64,000 bases of DNA from Ignavibacteriota bacterium (GTDB lineage Bacteria; Bacteroidota; Ignavibacteria; UBA10030), in assembly GCA_963701295.1 (NCBI GenBank), contig OY969585.1:2240001-2304000 (forward strand), read 5' to 3'. The stretch's first letter is position 1. Each line of letters starts with the position of its first letter. The position numbers were made by a program, and so were the translations under genes. Below, piece by piece: positions 41,137 to 50,804 of the stretch. The notes beneath the pieces are model-generated. The model saw nothing but the letters and a program-made list of their open reading frames with translations, searched no databases and was not told the DNA's origin.

Positions 41137-43683
41137 ATGAGATGTGATAATAATAGAATGAGAACTTATTTGGGAAAAATTGCAATTGCTGTATGTTTTT
41201 ACTTTGTGTTTACAATTGTAAATTTTCAGCAGCTCAATGCACAAGGAGTTGTGGGGACGGAACCGCAGGTAGTAAAATGGTTGTCGACAAGTGCATTACG
41301 TTCTTGGTTCTCGAATCTGGGAGCAGAAATTGAATTTGGAAGGCGAGACAGGCAAACATATATTGCTGTAGATCAGATTGATGGGTTATGCTGGCCGAAT
41401 GAATTTAATGTAAGAATGAAGGGTGTAAAGGCAGCAAAAGCATTGTGGATTGGCACAACAAATTTTACTGATCCGGTTTCCAATGCCAATTATCCATATA
41501 AAGTCGTTTGCATTGGAAAAGACGGAATATATCCAGGAACGGAGATTTTTGCAGATGAATTATCTTTAATAGGCAAATTTCCACATCCCAATGTCTATGT
41601 AGATGAGACACGTGCTTCCGCACGCGATTATGATGATATTATTGATGAACAAGATAATACTCAAGCTGCAGACAGAGTAATGATGAATAGATTTCATACA
41701 AGTATTGGAGTGTCTGTAACAAGGAAAGTATTGTCTTTTTCTCAACAGTATAATAATAACTACTATATTTATGAATATACGTTAAAAAACACCGGCATTA
41801 TTGATGAAAGCGGTCAGAAAAAAATAAATAATACTCTCACGGGAGTTGTATTTTATACTCAAACCCGGGTATCCCTCGATGGGGTATCGTATACTGGAAT
41901 AGGGTTAACAGGCGCTGGTGGTTGGGCTCCCTCTGGAACTACATGGGGCAGAAATACAATTACTGATGTAATGAGAAAAGATGGCGATAACCCAGGCGAA
42001 TTCAGAGCTAATATTTCCTATTGGGGACCAATGTCCACGACTCCTTATGGAAGCCCGGCAGGAGATATTGGCCTCCCCGGACCGGCTTCGACAAATGTGA
42101 CGGAATTGGCAGGATATGAGTTTGTAGGAACTGTTGTATTGCATGCAGATAATGCGCCTGGTGATCCGACGGATGATATAACACAACCAAAAACAACGTT
42201 GTATGTAGGGGCCGACAATCCAATTGACCGAAATAACCAACCAACTCAATATAACTCAAATTTGATGGCGCAAAAATATGTATCCTATATGACTGCAGGC
42301 CACGGTGGACAAACTGAGGCGCAGCAGGTAGGAGAAGATGCAAATGGTTGGCCAACTGGACCTGGAAATACTTTTGGAACAGATGCGGGTGGATATATGT
42401 CCGCGCAAGGTTTTGGGCCATATACTCTTAACCCCGGAGATAGCATACGTATTGTGGTAGCAGAAGCTGTCGCAGGTATAAACTGGAATAAAGGATGTGA
42501 AGTTGCAAGAAATTGGTTTGCAAATAATACTTCTGCATTTATCCTTCCTGGCCCTCCTGGCTATAAAGGTGGCACGACAACGGATAAGAATGAGTATAAG
42601 AATGCCTGGGTGTTTTCAGGCAAAGATTCTTTATTCCAGACGTTCAGAAGGGCATTAGCAAATTATAATAGTAACTATGCGATACCGCAGCCGCCCCCGC
42701 CACCGGATAAATTCTTAGTTAATTCGGGTGGGGATCGAATAACAGTTTCTTGGTCTAACAGTGCCGAATCGAGCCCACATTTTGACGGATACAGGCTCTA
42801 CAGGAGTGAGGGCAAAACAGACACAACGTATGACCTCATTCTTGATTGCGGCAAGAGTACGGGTAATCTTGTAAATTCATATGCTGATCAAAATGCGAAA
42901 CGTGGATTTAACTATTATTACTATATTCAATCGAAAGATGATGGATCAACTAACCCCGGCGATGCTGCTCTCAATATAGCTGCAGGTGAACCCTTAGTAA
43001 GCAGCAGATATTATACGATGACGAATAACCCGGGATATCTCACACGTCCTGCTGGAGTTGCTCTAACAACTATATCTAACACTTTTACCTTCAAAGGTAA
43101 TGATACTCTTGTGAATTTTGGATTTCCACCGGGGGTATCTGTCGCAGATTCTACAGGCACCGTAGTGAATGGTATATCCGTCAGTGTCAATGGTGTCAGG
43201 CAAATTCCTGCATTATATACAATATGGGTTAACCCAACAAGACTTCTTAGTCCTGGCGTTTTAAGACCTGATACATTAAGATTTGTTGTACCTCCGCTTG
43301 GGACAATTGAGGTAAAAGTAATATCTCCAACCGGCAATAGGAGCTATAAACTTTCAGAAATAAGAGTTGTTCCAAATCCTTTCAATATAAAAGCGAGGAA
43401 CATTCAATATGGAACGGCTGATCCGACAACTTTGGATCGACTGGGATTTTTTAACTTACCGCCTATCTGTCAAATAAAAATCTATACTGAATTGGGTGAT
43501 TTAATTGCAACAATAAATCATACGAATGGTAGTGGCGACGACTACTGGCAATCACTTACTTCTTCAAGACAAGTCGTTGTGAGCGGATTATATATAGCTT
43601 ATATTGAAGTTACTGAGAATTCTTCTGATGGGAATTATAGAAAAGGTGATAGTATTGTTAAGAAATTTATTATCATTAGATGA
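41137..43683 (+). CDS. Large exported protein with Pro-rich linker, FN3-like domain and variant T9SS-type C-terminal domain
   Basis: Signal peptide; PQPPPPP; ITVSW..DGYRLYRS..YYYY; IRVVPNPF..FNLP..IKIYT..GDLI..SGLYI..KFIIIR. Confidence 0.75.
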   Translation: MRCDNNRMRTYLGKIAIAVCFYFVFTIVNFQQLNAQGVVGTEPQVVKWLSTSALRSWFSNLGAEIEFGRRDRQTYIAVDQIDGLCWPNEFNVRMKGVKAAKALWIGTTNFTDPVSNANYPYKVVCIGKDGIYPGTEIFADELSLIGKFPHPNVYVDETRASARDYDDIIDEQDNTQAADRVMMNRFHTSIGVSVTRKVLSFSQQYNNNYYIYEYTLKNTGIIDESGQKKINNTLTGVVFYTQTRVSLDGVSYTGIGLTGAGGWAPSGTTWGRNTITDVMRKDGDNPGEFRANISYWGPMSTTPYGSPAGDIGLPGPASTNVTELAGYEFVGTVVLHADNAPGDPTDDITQPKTTLYVGADNPIDRNNQPTQYNSNLMAQKYVSYMTAGHGGQTEAQQVGEDANGWPTGPGNTFGTDAGGYMSAQGFGPYTLNPGDSIRIVVAEAVAGINWNKGCEVARNWFANNTSAFILPGPPGYKGGTTTDKNEYKNAWVFSGKDSLFQTFRRALANYNSNYAIPQPPPPPDKFLVNSGGDRITVSWSNSAESSPHFDGYRLYRSEGKTDTTYDLILDCGKSTGNLVNSYADQNAKRGFNYYYYIQSKDDGSTNPGDAALNIAAGEPLVSSRYYTMTNNPGYLTRPAGVALTTISNTFTFKGNDTLVNFGFPPGVSVADSTGTVVNGISVSVNGVRQIPALYTIWVNPTRLLSPGVLRPDTLRFVVPPLGTIEVKVISPTGNRSYKLSEIRVVPNPFNIKARNIQYGTADPTTLDRLGFFNLPPICQIKIYTELGDLIATINHTNGSGDDYWQSLTSSRQVVVSGLYIAYIEVTENSSDGNYRKGDSIVKKFIIIR

Positions 43684-43729
43684 TTTTAGCCATCTATACG
43701 AGAATGTATATCGAATAGGAGATTAAAAC

Positions 43730-44728
43730 GTGAAGCGAAAACAAAATACGTGGTTTATTTTACTAATAATCGGGTTATGTACATCCATGACCTTTGGTCA
43801 AACAAAATTGGCCCAGACAGGATTCAATTTTTTGAGTCTCTCTTCTGATGCGAGATCGAGTGGATTAGGCGGCGCTGTAAATTCATTATCAGGATTCGCG
43901 GGAGCGATGTGGTCTAATCCGGCTTCTATGGCTGAAATGCCAACATATCTTAGCGTTTCTTTTGATATGAATAGATGGATAGCCGATATCAATTACTTGT
44001 CGTCTAGCGTGATCCTATCACCTTCTTCGGGAGATTATGGTACGTTCGGCCTCTGTGTGCAAACTGTTGATTACGGAGATCTTGATGGAACAATGGTTGA
44101 TAGGAATAATCCGAATGGATATGTTGAGACTGGCACTATAAATCCTACCGCACTTGCGGTAGGTCTTGGTTATTCTAAAATGATTAATAAGCAATTTGGA
44201 GTTGGTGCACGAATCAAATACGCATATCAATCGCTCGGTGAAAGTACGTTTTTCGATAATGTATCAGGGGATGTTACGACAAAGAAAAACAAAGCTGATG
44301 CAATTGCGTATGATTTTGGCACGATTTACAAGACAGGTATAAAAAGCATAGTATTTGGAATGTCGGTGACGAATTTTTCGAAGGAGATAACATTTGAAAG
44401 TGAAGGTTTTCAGCTTCCTTTGCTTTTTACAATTGGTATTTCAGCCAATCTTTTTGAGCTTATCAACACTCCACAATCTAATCAAGAGCTCTTGCTGACT
44501 GCTGATTGGAGTCACCCGAGATCACATCCTGAACAATTAAAAATTGGAGCAGAATATAGATTCAAACAATTACTTTCTCTGAGGGCTGGATACGTTAGCG
44601 GTAACGATGAAAACAGCTTCACTTATGGAGTAGGCATTTCTTCCTTCGGTCTTGAAGTTGATTATGCATATATCCCGTTTGGAGTATTTGGTAATGTTCA
44701 GCAATTCACAGCACGTGTTTCATTGTAA
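43730..44728 (+). CDS. PorV/PorQ family outer-membrane beta-barrel
   Basis: FLSLSSDARSSGLGGA, WSNPA, GAEY..LRAGY, VDYAY; 332 aa. Confidence 0.85.
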   Translation: MKRKQNTWFILLIIGLCTSMTFGQTKLAQTGFNFLSLSSDARSSGLGGAVNSLSGFAGAMWSNPASMAEMPTYLSVSFDMNRWIADINYLSSSVILSPSSGDYGTFGLCVQTVDYGDLDGTMVDRNNPNGYVETGTINPTALAVGLGYSKMINKQFGVGARIKYAYQSLGESTFFDNVSGDVTTKKNKADAIAYDFGTIYKTGIKSIVFGMSVTNFSKEITFESEGFQLPLLFTIGISANLFELINTPQSNQELLLTADWSHPRSHPEQLKIGAEYRFKQLLSLRAGYVSGNDENSFTYGVGISSFGLEVDYAYIPFGVFGNVQQFTARVSL

Positions 44729-44746
44729 AAAGTGTAAGGGTAAATT

Positions 44747-46102
44747 ATGAAAAATGAAAAATTAAATCAGAGTATTTTTTCGAAAAGGACTTTTGCGAAG
44801 GGATGTATCTCACCTTGGTCGATTTTTGTTGCGTGTTGTATATTGATTATGCCGATACTTTTTATCGCTTGTGAATACGATAACAAGCCCGGAGTGATAT
44901 ATCCTGCAATGACGATCGATACCACCGGTAGGCCAGTTATTGCCAGCATTGCACCAGCGACTCAAGCTAGTGCAGGAGTGAGAGAAATAACAATCACTGG
45001 TGTGAATTTAGGAATAAAAAATGGCACGGATTCAATGTGGGTTTTTATTGGTGGTGTGCGACCAATAATCAAAGAAATACAGAATTCATATATAACTATA
45101 TATAGACCGCAATTATCAAGTGATCATTATGGCAAACCTATTTATGTGAGTGTCACGGATCCAAAAATATTGTCTGTATCTTCAAGCCTTACATACTCGG
45201 TAGAGTCCCCAGGTGCTGTTGTAGGAGCTTATGCTACCGCTACCTTTCCAACTCTACTGGCTGCCGAATGTGATAACCAAGCACAAGAAAATGTTTATAC
45301 GACTGCGGCGAAAAATGTCTGGAAAACCGATTTTGCAGGTGTAACACAGACCAATGAATTAAATCCAGTCAATTTATTGTCAAGTGACTATGCTTCAATT
45401 ACGGCTATGTCCTTTGGTCCGGGAGCGTATGAGAAAAATCTCTTTATTGCAGTTGGCAAAACCTATATTGCACGCGTGTTTGTTGCCGACACCACATCAG
45501 GTAATAAAAAGTATATACCCACAAAACTAACAGTTCCTGGAGCAGTGAGCCAACTGGACTTTGACGGAAATGGTAATATGTACACTGGTGGTAATGGAAA
45601 TCTTTATGTTGCTGATTCATCAGTTGGCACCAGCGCTGCTCCAACTTTTACTCCAATTTCGGGTTATACGGGTGGAAATATAACAAAAATTCGCGTAGTC
45701 AAAGAATCAGGCAATCAATATCTTTATGTTGCTGATTCTACACATGTTTGGAAAAGTCCAGCGGGAAGTTCTTTCAATGGCACTCTCTTGGTTGATTTGA
45801 GTACTCATCCTGAGTTAAGCGGATGTACCATTAGTTCATTTGATCTTGATGTAAATAGCTCTATTTTCCTATGCTTAAAAAATAATCCGAATTATTCGTT
45901 GTTTATAAGAGAAAACGATGGAGCTATTACTCCATTTTATAATGATCCAAATATTTTACCGAACACTGTTACCAAGCTGATGTGGGGTAATAGTAAGTAC
46001 CTATATTTAATGAGTACCACATTAACCGTAGATGGCAAAATATATAGGTTGACGTTAGATAGAAATGGAGCGCCTTACCAGGGCAGAGCATTTATAAAAT
46101 GA
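44747..46102 (+). CDS. Lipoprotein with IPT/TIG-like domain and beta-propeller-like region
   Basis: Lipobox-like FIAC; PVIASIAP..GVREITITGVNLG; FDGNGNMYTGG, LYVAD repeats. Confidence 0.7.
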   Translation: MKNEKLNQSIFSKRTFAKGCISPWSIFVACCILIMPILFIACEYDNKPGVIYPAMTIDTTGRPVIASIAPATQASAGVREITITGVNLGIKNGTDSMWVFIGGVRPIIKEIQNSYITIYRPQLSSDHYGKPIYVSVTDPKILSVSSSLTYSVESPGAVVGAYATATFPTLLAAECDNQAQENVYTTAAKNVWKTDFAGVTQTNELNPVNLLSSDYASITAMSFGPGAYEKNLFIAVGKTYIARVFVADTTSGNKKYIPTKLTVPGAVSQLDFDGNGNMYTGGNGNLYVADSSVGTSAAPTFTPISGYTGGNITKIRVVKESGNQYLYVADSTHVWKSPAGSSFNGTLLVDLSTHPELSGCTISSFDLDVNSSIFLCLKNNPNYSLFIRENDGAITPFYNDPNILPNTVTKLMWGNSKYLYLMSTTLTVDGKIYRLTLDRNGAPYQGRAFIK

Positions 46103-46378
46103 TAAAGTTTTTTTTGTTATGAGAAGGTGTGATAAAAACATCTAATTAAAAAACAGTTGATTTCTATATAATAAACAATTATCGTACAGTTAAGGTATTA
46201 TTTATCCAGTTGTGTGAAGGTCATCATATATAGAGGAAAGGAGGTACATAAAGGAAGAAACTGGTCACCAACGATTAAGAAAGGAGGAGTTTTTAAAATG
46301 GGGGGAAAAAATCTAAATGATATCTTTGGATACCTGCTAGATCAAATAATTCAAAAAAACAATTTTGGAGAAAACAAC

Positions 46379-48130
46379 ATGAAAAATGTACTATTATTTC
46401 TTCTTTGTCTGGTTTTTGTTGCCAGTCTAGTTGAAGCAAAGATAGTGAATGACAGTGTGTATCAAATTCCTAAAACAGCAGTGGCACCAGTGATCGACGG
46501 CCTACAAGACAATGTATGGAAAACTCTCGACTGGAATATGCAGCGGATTTACAATGTTGGCGATCCTCCAACTGCAACGAGCGGAGCTGATAGCGGTGCT
46601 GGTCTTACTGGTATGAGCAAAGCAATGTGGGATGCGAATAATCTTTATATTTTGTTCTACTCGATAGATGATATTCTCATAGATGTTCCGACGAACGCCA
46701 ATTGGAACCAAGATGCTATCGAAATCTACATTGATGGATCCGATAACCATGCCACAGAGACTTCCTTAGCAGCTGGTCAATACCAGTTTACTATTCCTCA
46801 TTGGCTAAAGGGCCAAGAAGTTGGGCATATCGGTACCGCGTTTGGGACTACTATTGACACAACCGGTATTCAATTCAAAATTTCCGATGTGGGTGATACT
46901 CTAGGTTTCCCCGGCTGGATGCTTGAAGTAAAGATTCCTCTTGCAGCTTTAGGCATTGATGGCACAACGGCGGATAATGCAAATATTGGTTGGGAATTAC
47001 AACAAGACGAATCGGATGACGCGACAATTGGACGACAATCCATGTCGAAATGGTGGAGTAGTTCAAACAATTCGTGGGCAAATGCAGGCATTTGGGGCAC
47101 CGCTATTCTTTCCAGTAGAAGTGTAGATACTGTATTTGAAATAAGCAAAGTGCCTACCGGTACAACTATAACTGTTGACGGAGTAATGGATCCGATCTAT
47201 AAACAAGCAAATGCTGTTACAATGAATTTGTTTAGAGTTGGAGATCCTCCCACTGCAGAAAGTCCGGTTGTAGATACAGATCCAATGTTCGGTTCATTCA
47301 TTACAGTTCGTCCACTTTATGACGATAATAATATGTACCTATTTTGCGATGTTGTGGATCAGGTTCTTGTAGATGTTCCGACGAACGCCGCATGGAACCA
47401 AGATGCTGTTGAACTCTACTTTGACGGATCCAATAACCATGCGACAGAGACTTCCTTAGCAGCTGGTCAATACCAGTTTACTATTCCTCATTGGCTAGAG
47501 GGCAAGGAAGTTGGGAATATCGGTACCGCGTTCGGGACTACTGTTGATACAACCGGTATTCAATTCAAAATGGTCGATCATGATATGGTAGGCAATAATG
47601 GCGTCATCACTGAAGAAGGAAGCGGTTATTATTTGGAAGTGAAGATTCCTCTTGCAGCTCTTGGAATTGACGGAACAAATCTCGGAGCAGGACTTGGATT
47701 CGAATTACAAAAAGATCAAAGTAATGACGCATCAGTAGGACGCGGAGGTATGGAAAAATGGTGGAATAGTTCAAACAATTCGTGGGCAAATGCAGGCATT
47801 TGGGGTTATGCAAAGTTGGGTTCCGCGATTGTTACGGGCGTAAATGGGAAACCATCGTCTGTCGTCAGTAGCTACAAACTGGAACAGAACTATCCGAATC
47901 CTTTCAACCCATCCACAAAAATTACTTTCGAACTTGCAAAAACTGAGAAAGTAAGGCTTGCAGTTTATAATTTATTAGGAGAGCAAGTTGCAGTATTGGT
48001 AAATGGAACGAGGAATGCTGGATCTCAGACCATTACTTTTGATGCAAAGAACTTTGCTAGCGGTGTTTATTTCTATAAATTAGAAGCTGGAAGCACAGTG
48101 TTAACAAAGAAGATGATGTTGCTGAAGTAA
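46379..48130 (+). CDS. T9SS-sorted protein with two tandem CBM9/DOMON-like sugar-binding domains
   Basis: Signal peptide from ATG 46379 (GGAG RBS); twice PVIDG/TVDG..WD..NLY..QDA(I/V)E(I/L)Y(I/F)DG..LEVKIPLAALG; CTD LEQNYPNPFNPST..KKMMLLK. Confidence 0.85.
   Translation: MKNVLLFLLCLVFVASLVEAKIVNDSVYQIPKTAVAPVIDGLQDNVWKTLDWNMQRIYNVGDPPTATSGADSGAGLTGMSKAMWDANNLYILFYSIDDILIDVPTNANWNQDAIEIYIDGSDNHATETSLAAGQYQFTIPHWLKGQEVGHIGTAFGTTIDTTGIQFKISDVGDTLGFPGWMLEVKIPLAALGIDGTTADNANIGWELQQDESDDATIGRQSMSKWWSSSNNSWANAGIWGTAILSSRSVDTVFEISKVPTGTTITVDGVMDPIYKQANAVTMNLFRVGDPPTAESPVVDTDPMFGSFITVRPLYDDNNMYLFCDVVDQVLVDVPTNAAWNQDAVELYFDGSNNHATETSLAAGQYQFTIPHWLEGKEVGNIGTAFGTTVDTTGIQFKMVDHDMVGNNGVITEEGSGYYLEVKIPLAALGIDGTNLGAGLGFELQKDQSNDASVGRGGMEKWWNSSNNSWANAGIWGYAKLGSAIVTGVNGKPSSVVSSYKLEQNYPNPFNPSTKITFELAKTEKVRLAVYNLLGEQVAVLVNGTRNAGSQTITFDAKNFASGVYFYKLEAGSTVLTKKMMLLK
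46681..47805 (+). repeat. Intragenic tandem duplication (period ~690-708 bp)
   Basis: 54-bp identical tract 46754-46807 = 47444-47497; 39-bp identical tract 47059-47097 = 47767-47805. Confidence 0.9.
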
Positions 48131-48149
48131 CATCAAAGGTAGATCAAGG

Positions 48150-48188
48150 AAAGCGTCTGTGGCAGACCTTGCACAGGCGCTTTTTTTT
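48150..48188 (+). terminator. Rho-independent terminator closing the receptor operon
   Basis: AAGCGTCTGTG / CACAGGCGCTT stem followed by a T8 tract. Confidence 0.8.
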
Positions 48189-48228
48189 GTCAATTTGAAA
48201 CACTTTGTAGCCCTTGGAGTTATGCAAA

Positions 48229-50187
48229 ATGAATCTACATATCGTTGATATCGGAATTATCCTTTTATATTTAACTTCTACAATATTTATTGGATTCTAT
48301 ATTTCTAAAAAAGCTACCAAGGATATGAATAGTTACTTCCTTGGAGGCAACCGCATTCCTTGGTGGGTTCTTGGCATTTCTGATGCTTCGGGTATGTTTG
48401 ATATTTCCGGTACGCTGCTTTTAGTCTATTGGCTTTCTGTGTACGGAATGAAAAGCATATGGATACCTTGGATATGGCCGGTGTTTAATCAAATATTCTT
48501 AATGGTCTATTTATCGCCCTGGCTGCGAAGATCAAATGTGATGACAGGTGCAGAATGGATGAAAACCCGTTTTGGGACGGGAAAGGGTGCTACGCTTTCC
48601 CATATCGTAGTAGTGATATTTGCTCTTATTAGTGTTATCGGATTTCTCTCTTATGGGTTTAAAGGAATTGGAAAATTCGCCGTAGCATTTTTGCCAGCAT
48701 TGGTTACCAATCCGGAAACACTGGCTCACTACCCTCAAATAAATGCAAATCTGTATGCTCTTATACTTATGGGAGTAACGACGTTGTATGTTGTGAAGGG
48801 TGGGATGATGAGTGTCGTTGCAACGGAAATTGTTCAATATTGTATCCTTTCAATTTCCGCGATTGCAATAGGTATTATTGCAATGGTCAATGTCTCCCCG
48901 GCTATGATTAATAGTGTTATCCCGGAAGGATGGAAAAGCATGGCTTTTGGCCTGAATTTGAATCTGGACTGGTCGACAGTACATTCAAGTCTTGCTACAA
49001 AAGTAGTTGCTTTCAATCAATGGATTAAAACAGACGGCTATTTTATTTTTGGATTATTCTTTGGAATGATGCTCTTTAAAGGGTTCTTTGTTGCGGCAGC
49101 GGGTCCTGCGCCTAATTATGATATGCAGCGCATTCTTTCTACGCGAAGTCCGAAAGAAGCAGCTAAAATGAATTCCATGGTGAGTATTGTCCTAAATCCA
49201 ACCCGTTATTTTATGGTTGCAGGAATAACCGTACTTGCCCTGACAAATTTTGATGCACTTTATAAAAGCTCTATAACTACTCCCGATTTTGAAGGTATTC
49301 TATCTCAAGTTCTCGCCACTTATGTCCCTGTTGGCTTATTGGGTCTGCTGATGGCCGGTTTTATAGCTGCCTTTATGAGTAATTTTGCAGCAACTGTCAA
49401 TGCTGCACCTGCGTATATTGTCAATGATATTTATAAGCGTTATATCAATCCTCATGCAGAGCCAAAAAAATATGTCAGGATGAGCTATATTGCATCTGTT
49501 GCTGTTGTTATTGTTGGGATTACAATCGGATTCTTTGTAGAATCAATTAATCAGGTTGCACTTTGGATTGTTGCTTCGTTATGGGGCGGTTATACAGCAG
49601 CCAACGTCTTAAAATGGTACTGGTGGCGTTTCAATGGATATGGATATTTTTGGGGAATGGTTGCAGGTATGACGACTTCGTTAGTGCTGCTTATATTAAA
49701 AGACTTTGGTTTGATACCATTCTTGAATCATTGGCCTTTGTCCGAAAATTCAAGTATGAATTCGTTCCCCTTTATCTTTCTCAATTCTATCATCGGATGT
49801 TTAATCGGCACCTTCTTAACGAAACCTGAAAGTGATGAAGTGCTCATGAAGTTCTACCACAATGTTCGTCCTTGGGGCTTCTGGAAACCGATCTATGAAA
49901 AAGTTATGAAAATTGACCCAGAGTTTGAAGCGAATAAGAATTTCAAACGTGATATGTCTAATATCTTCGTTGGAATTATATGGCAGATAACACTCATGGC
50001 TACTCCGGTATTTTTAGTTCTTCGAGATTTCCATTCGTTCATGATTTGCCTTGGTGTGTTGGCAGTGACTTCACTTATATTAAAGTTCAATTGGTGGGAC
50101 AAACTTGAATCTTCGTATGGTGAACAAAAAACTAAATTCATATTTCCAGTGTCAGAGAATGGGACTTTAGTAGCGAAAAAAAAATAA
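48229..50187 (+). CDS. Sodium:solute symporter (SSS family), probable sugar/oligosaccharide transporter
   Basis: SYFLGGNRIPWW, Y..KGGM.SV..T, QRILSTRS, AAFMS; many TM helices. Confidence 0.9.
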   Translation: MNLHIVDIGIILLYLTSTIFIGFYISKKATKDMNSYFLGGNRIPWWVLGISDASGMFDISGTLLLVYWLSVYGMKSIWIPWIWPVFNQIFLMVYLSPWLRRSNVMTGAEWMKTRFGTGKGATLSHIVVVIFALISVIGFLSYGFKGIGKFAVAFLPALVTNPETLAHYPQINANLYALILMGVTTLYVVKGGMMSVVATEIVQYCILSISAIAIGIIAMVNVSPAMINSVIPEGWKSMAFGLNLNLDWSTVHSSLATKVVAFNQWIKTDGYFIFGLFFGMMLFKGFFVAAAGPAPNYDMQRILSTRSPKEAAKMNSMVSIVLNPTRYFMVAGITVLALTNFDALYKSSITTPDFEGILSQVLATYVPVGLLGLLMAGFIAAFMSNFAATVNAAPAYIVNDIYKRYINPHAEPKKYVRMSYIASVAVVIVGITIGFFVESINQVALWIVASLWGGYTAANVLKWYWWRFNGYGYFWGMVAGMTTSLVLLILKDFGLIPFLNHWPLSENSSMNSFPFIFLNSIIGCLIGTFLTKPESDEVLMKFYHNVRPWGFWKPIYEKVMKIDPEFEANKNFKRDMSNIFVGIIWQITLMATPVFLVLRDFHSFMICLGVLAVTSLILKFNWWDKLESSYGEQKTKFIFPVSENGTLVAKKK

Positions 50188-50230
50188 CAGAAAAAGGATA
50201 CAATGTTAGGAGTATGATCGTGAAGAAAGA

Positions 50231-50262
50231 TACCCCGGTTTCTAAACGCCGGGGTAGTTTTA
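50231..50262. repeat. Hairpin resembling an IS200/IS605-family end, with no transposase
   Basis: TACCCCGG-N10-CCGGGGTA followed by GTTT. Confidence 0.4.
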
Positions 50263-50463
50263 TAGTATACTGCTGTCAGCAAGCATCCGCTTATTATAAA
50301 GGGCATCTTATGACCCTTCATAAAGAAAGAATATTTCCCCATTCCTTAGCGAATTATAACATCGTCAGGAATTGTCTTCATACAATTCAGTATAGAATTG
50401 GATTTAAATATTGATAAAAATTGCAGGAAGTAAAACGGATAGAATTCCTATCAACTAATAAAC

Positions 50464-50781
50464 TACCTCGGAGAAAGCTACGAGGTATTCAATCTGTTTC
50501 TTCTGGATTTCTCGCCTGCAGGACGATTAAAATCCGTTCCTCTTCATGGAACGAGATCTTGTCTCGAATCAATGAATCGAGACGGACATTCGGGAATGAC
50601 TTGAATATTGTTGAAAGCTGACATTAGCTTCATTCTCAGACTTCTCACCGTCATGCCCGTGGGATTTTGCGTTTTGTGCATCTACCGTCTTCTTAAAGGA
50701 TAGGCGGGCATCCATTGAATGCAGCAACCTGCCCGCCGGGCACTTACAGCGTGCTTATGGTAGGCAGGACTGCGGGGTATT
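50464..50781. repeat. Cluster of nested REP-like palindromes
   Basis: TACCTCG/CGAGGTA; CTGGATTTCTCGCCTGC...CGGGAATGAC; CGTCATGCCCG...CGGGCATCCA; GCAGCAA[CCTGCCCGCC...GGTAGGCAGG]aCTGCGGGGTATT. Confidence 0.65.
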
Positions 50782-50804
50782 AAACGCGAAAAGGAATAAG
50801 TTTT

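Noticed and set aside
46214-46297. GTG start at 46214 for the CBM9-like gene
   Set aside because: No RBS, and it would bury the signal peptide under 55 residues
46681-47805. Near-identical repeats as a diversity-generating retroelement TR/VR pair
   Set aside because: Both copies are in frame within one gene, differences are not adenine-specific, and no reverse transcriptase is present
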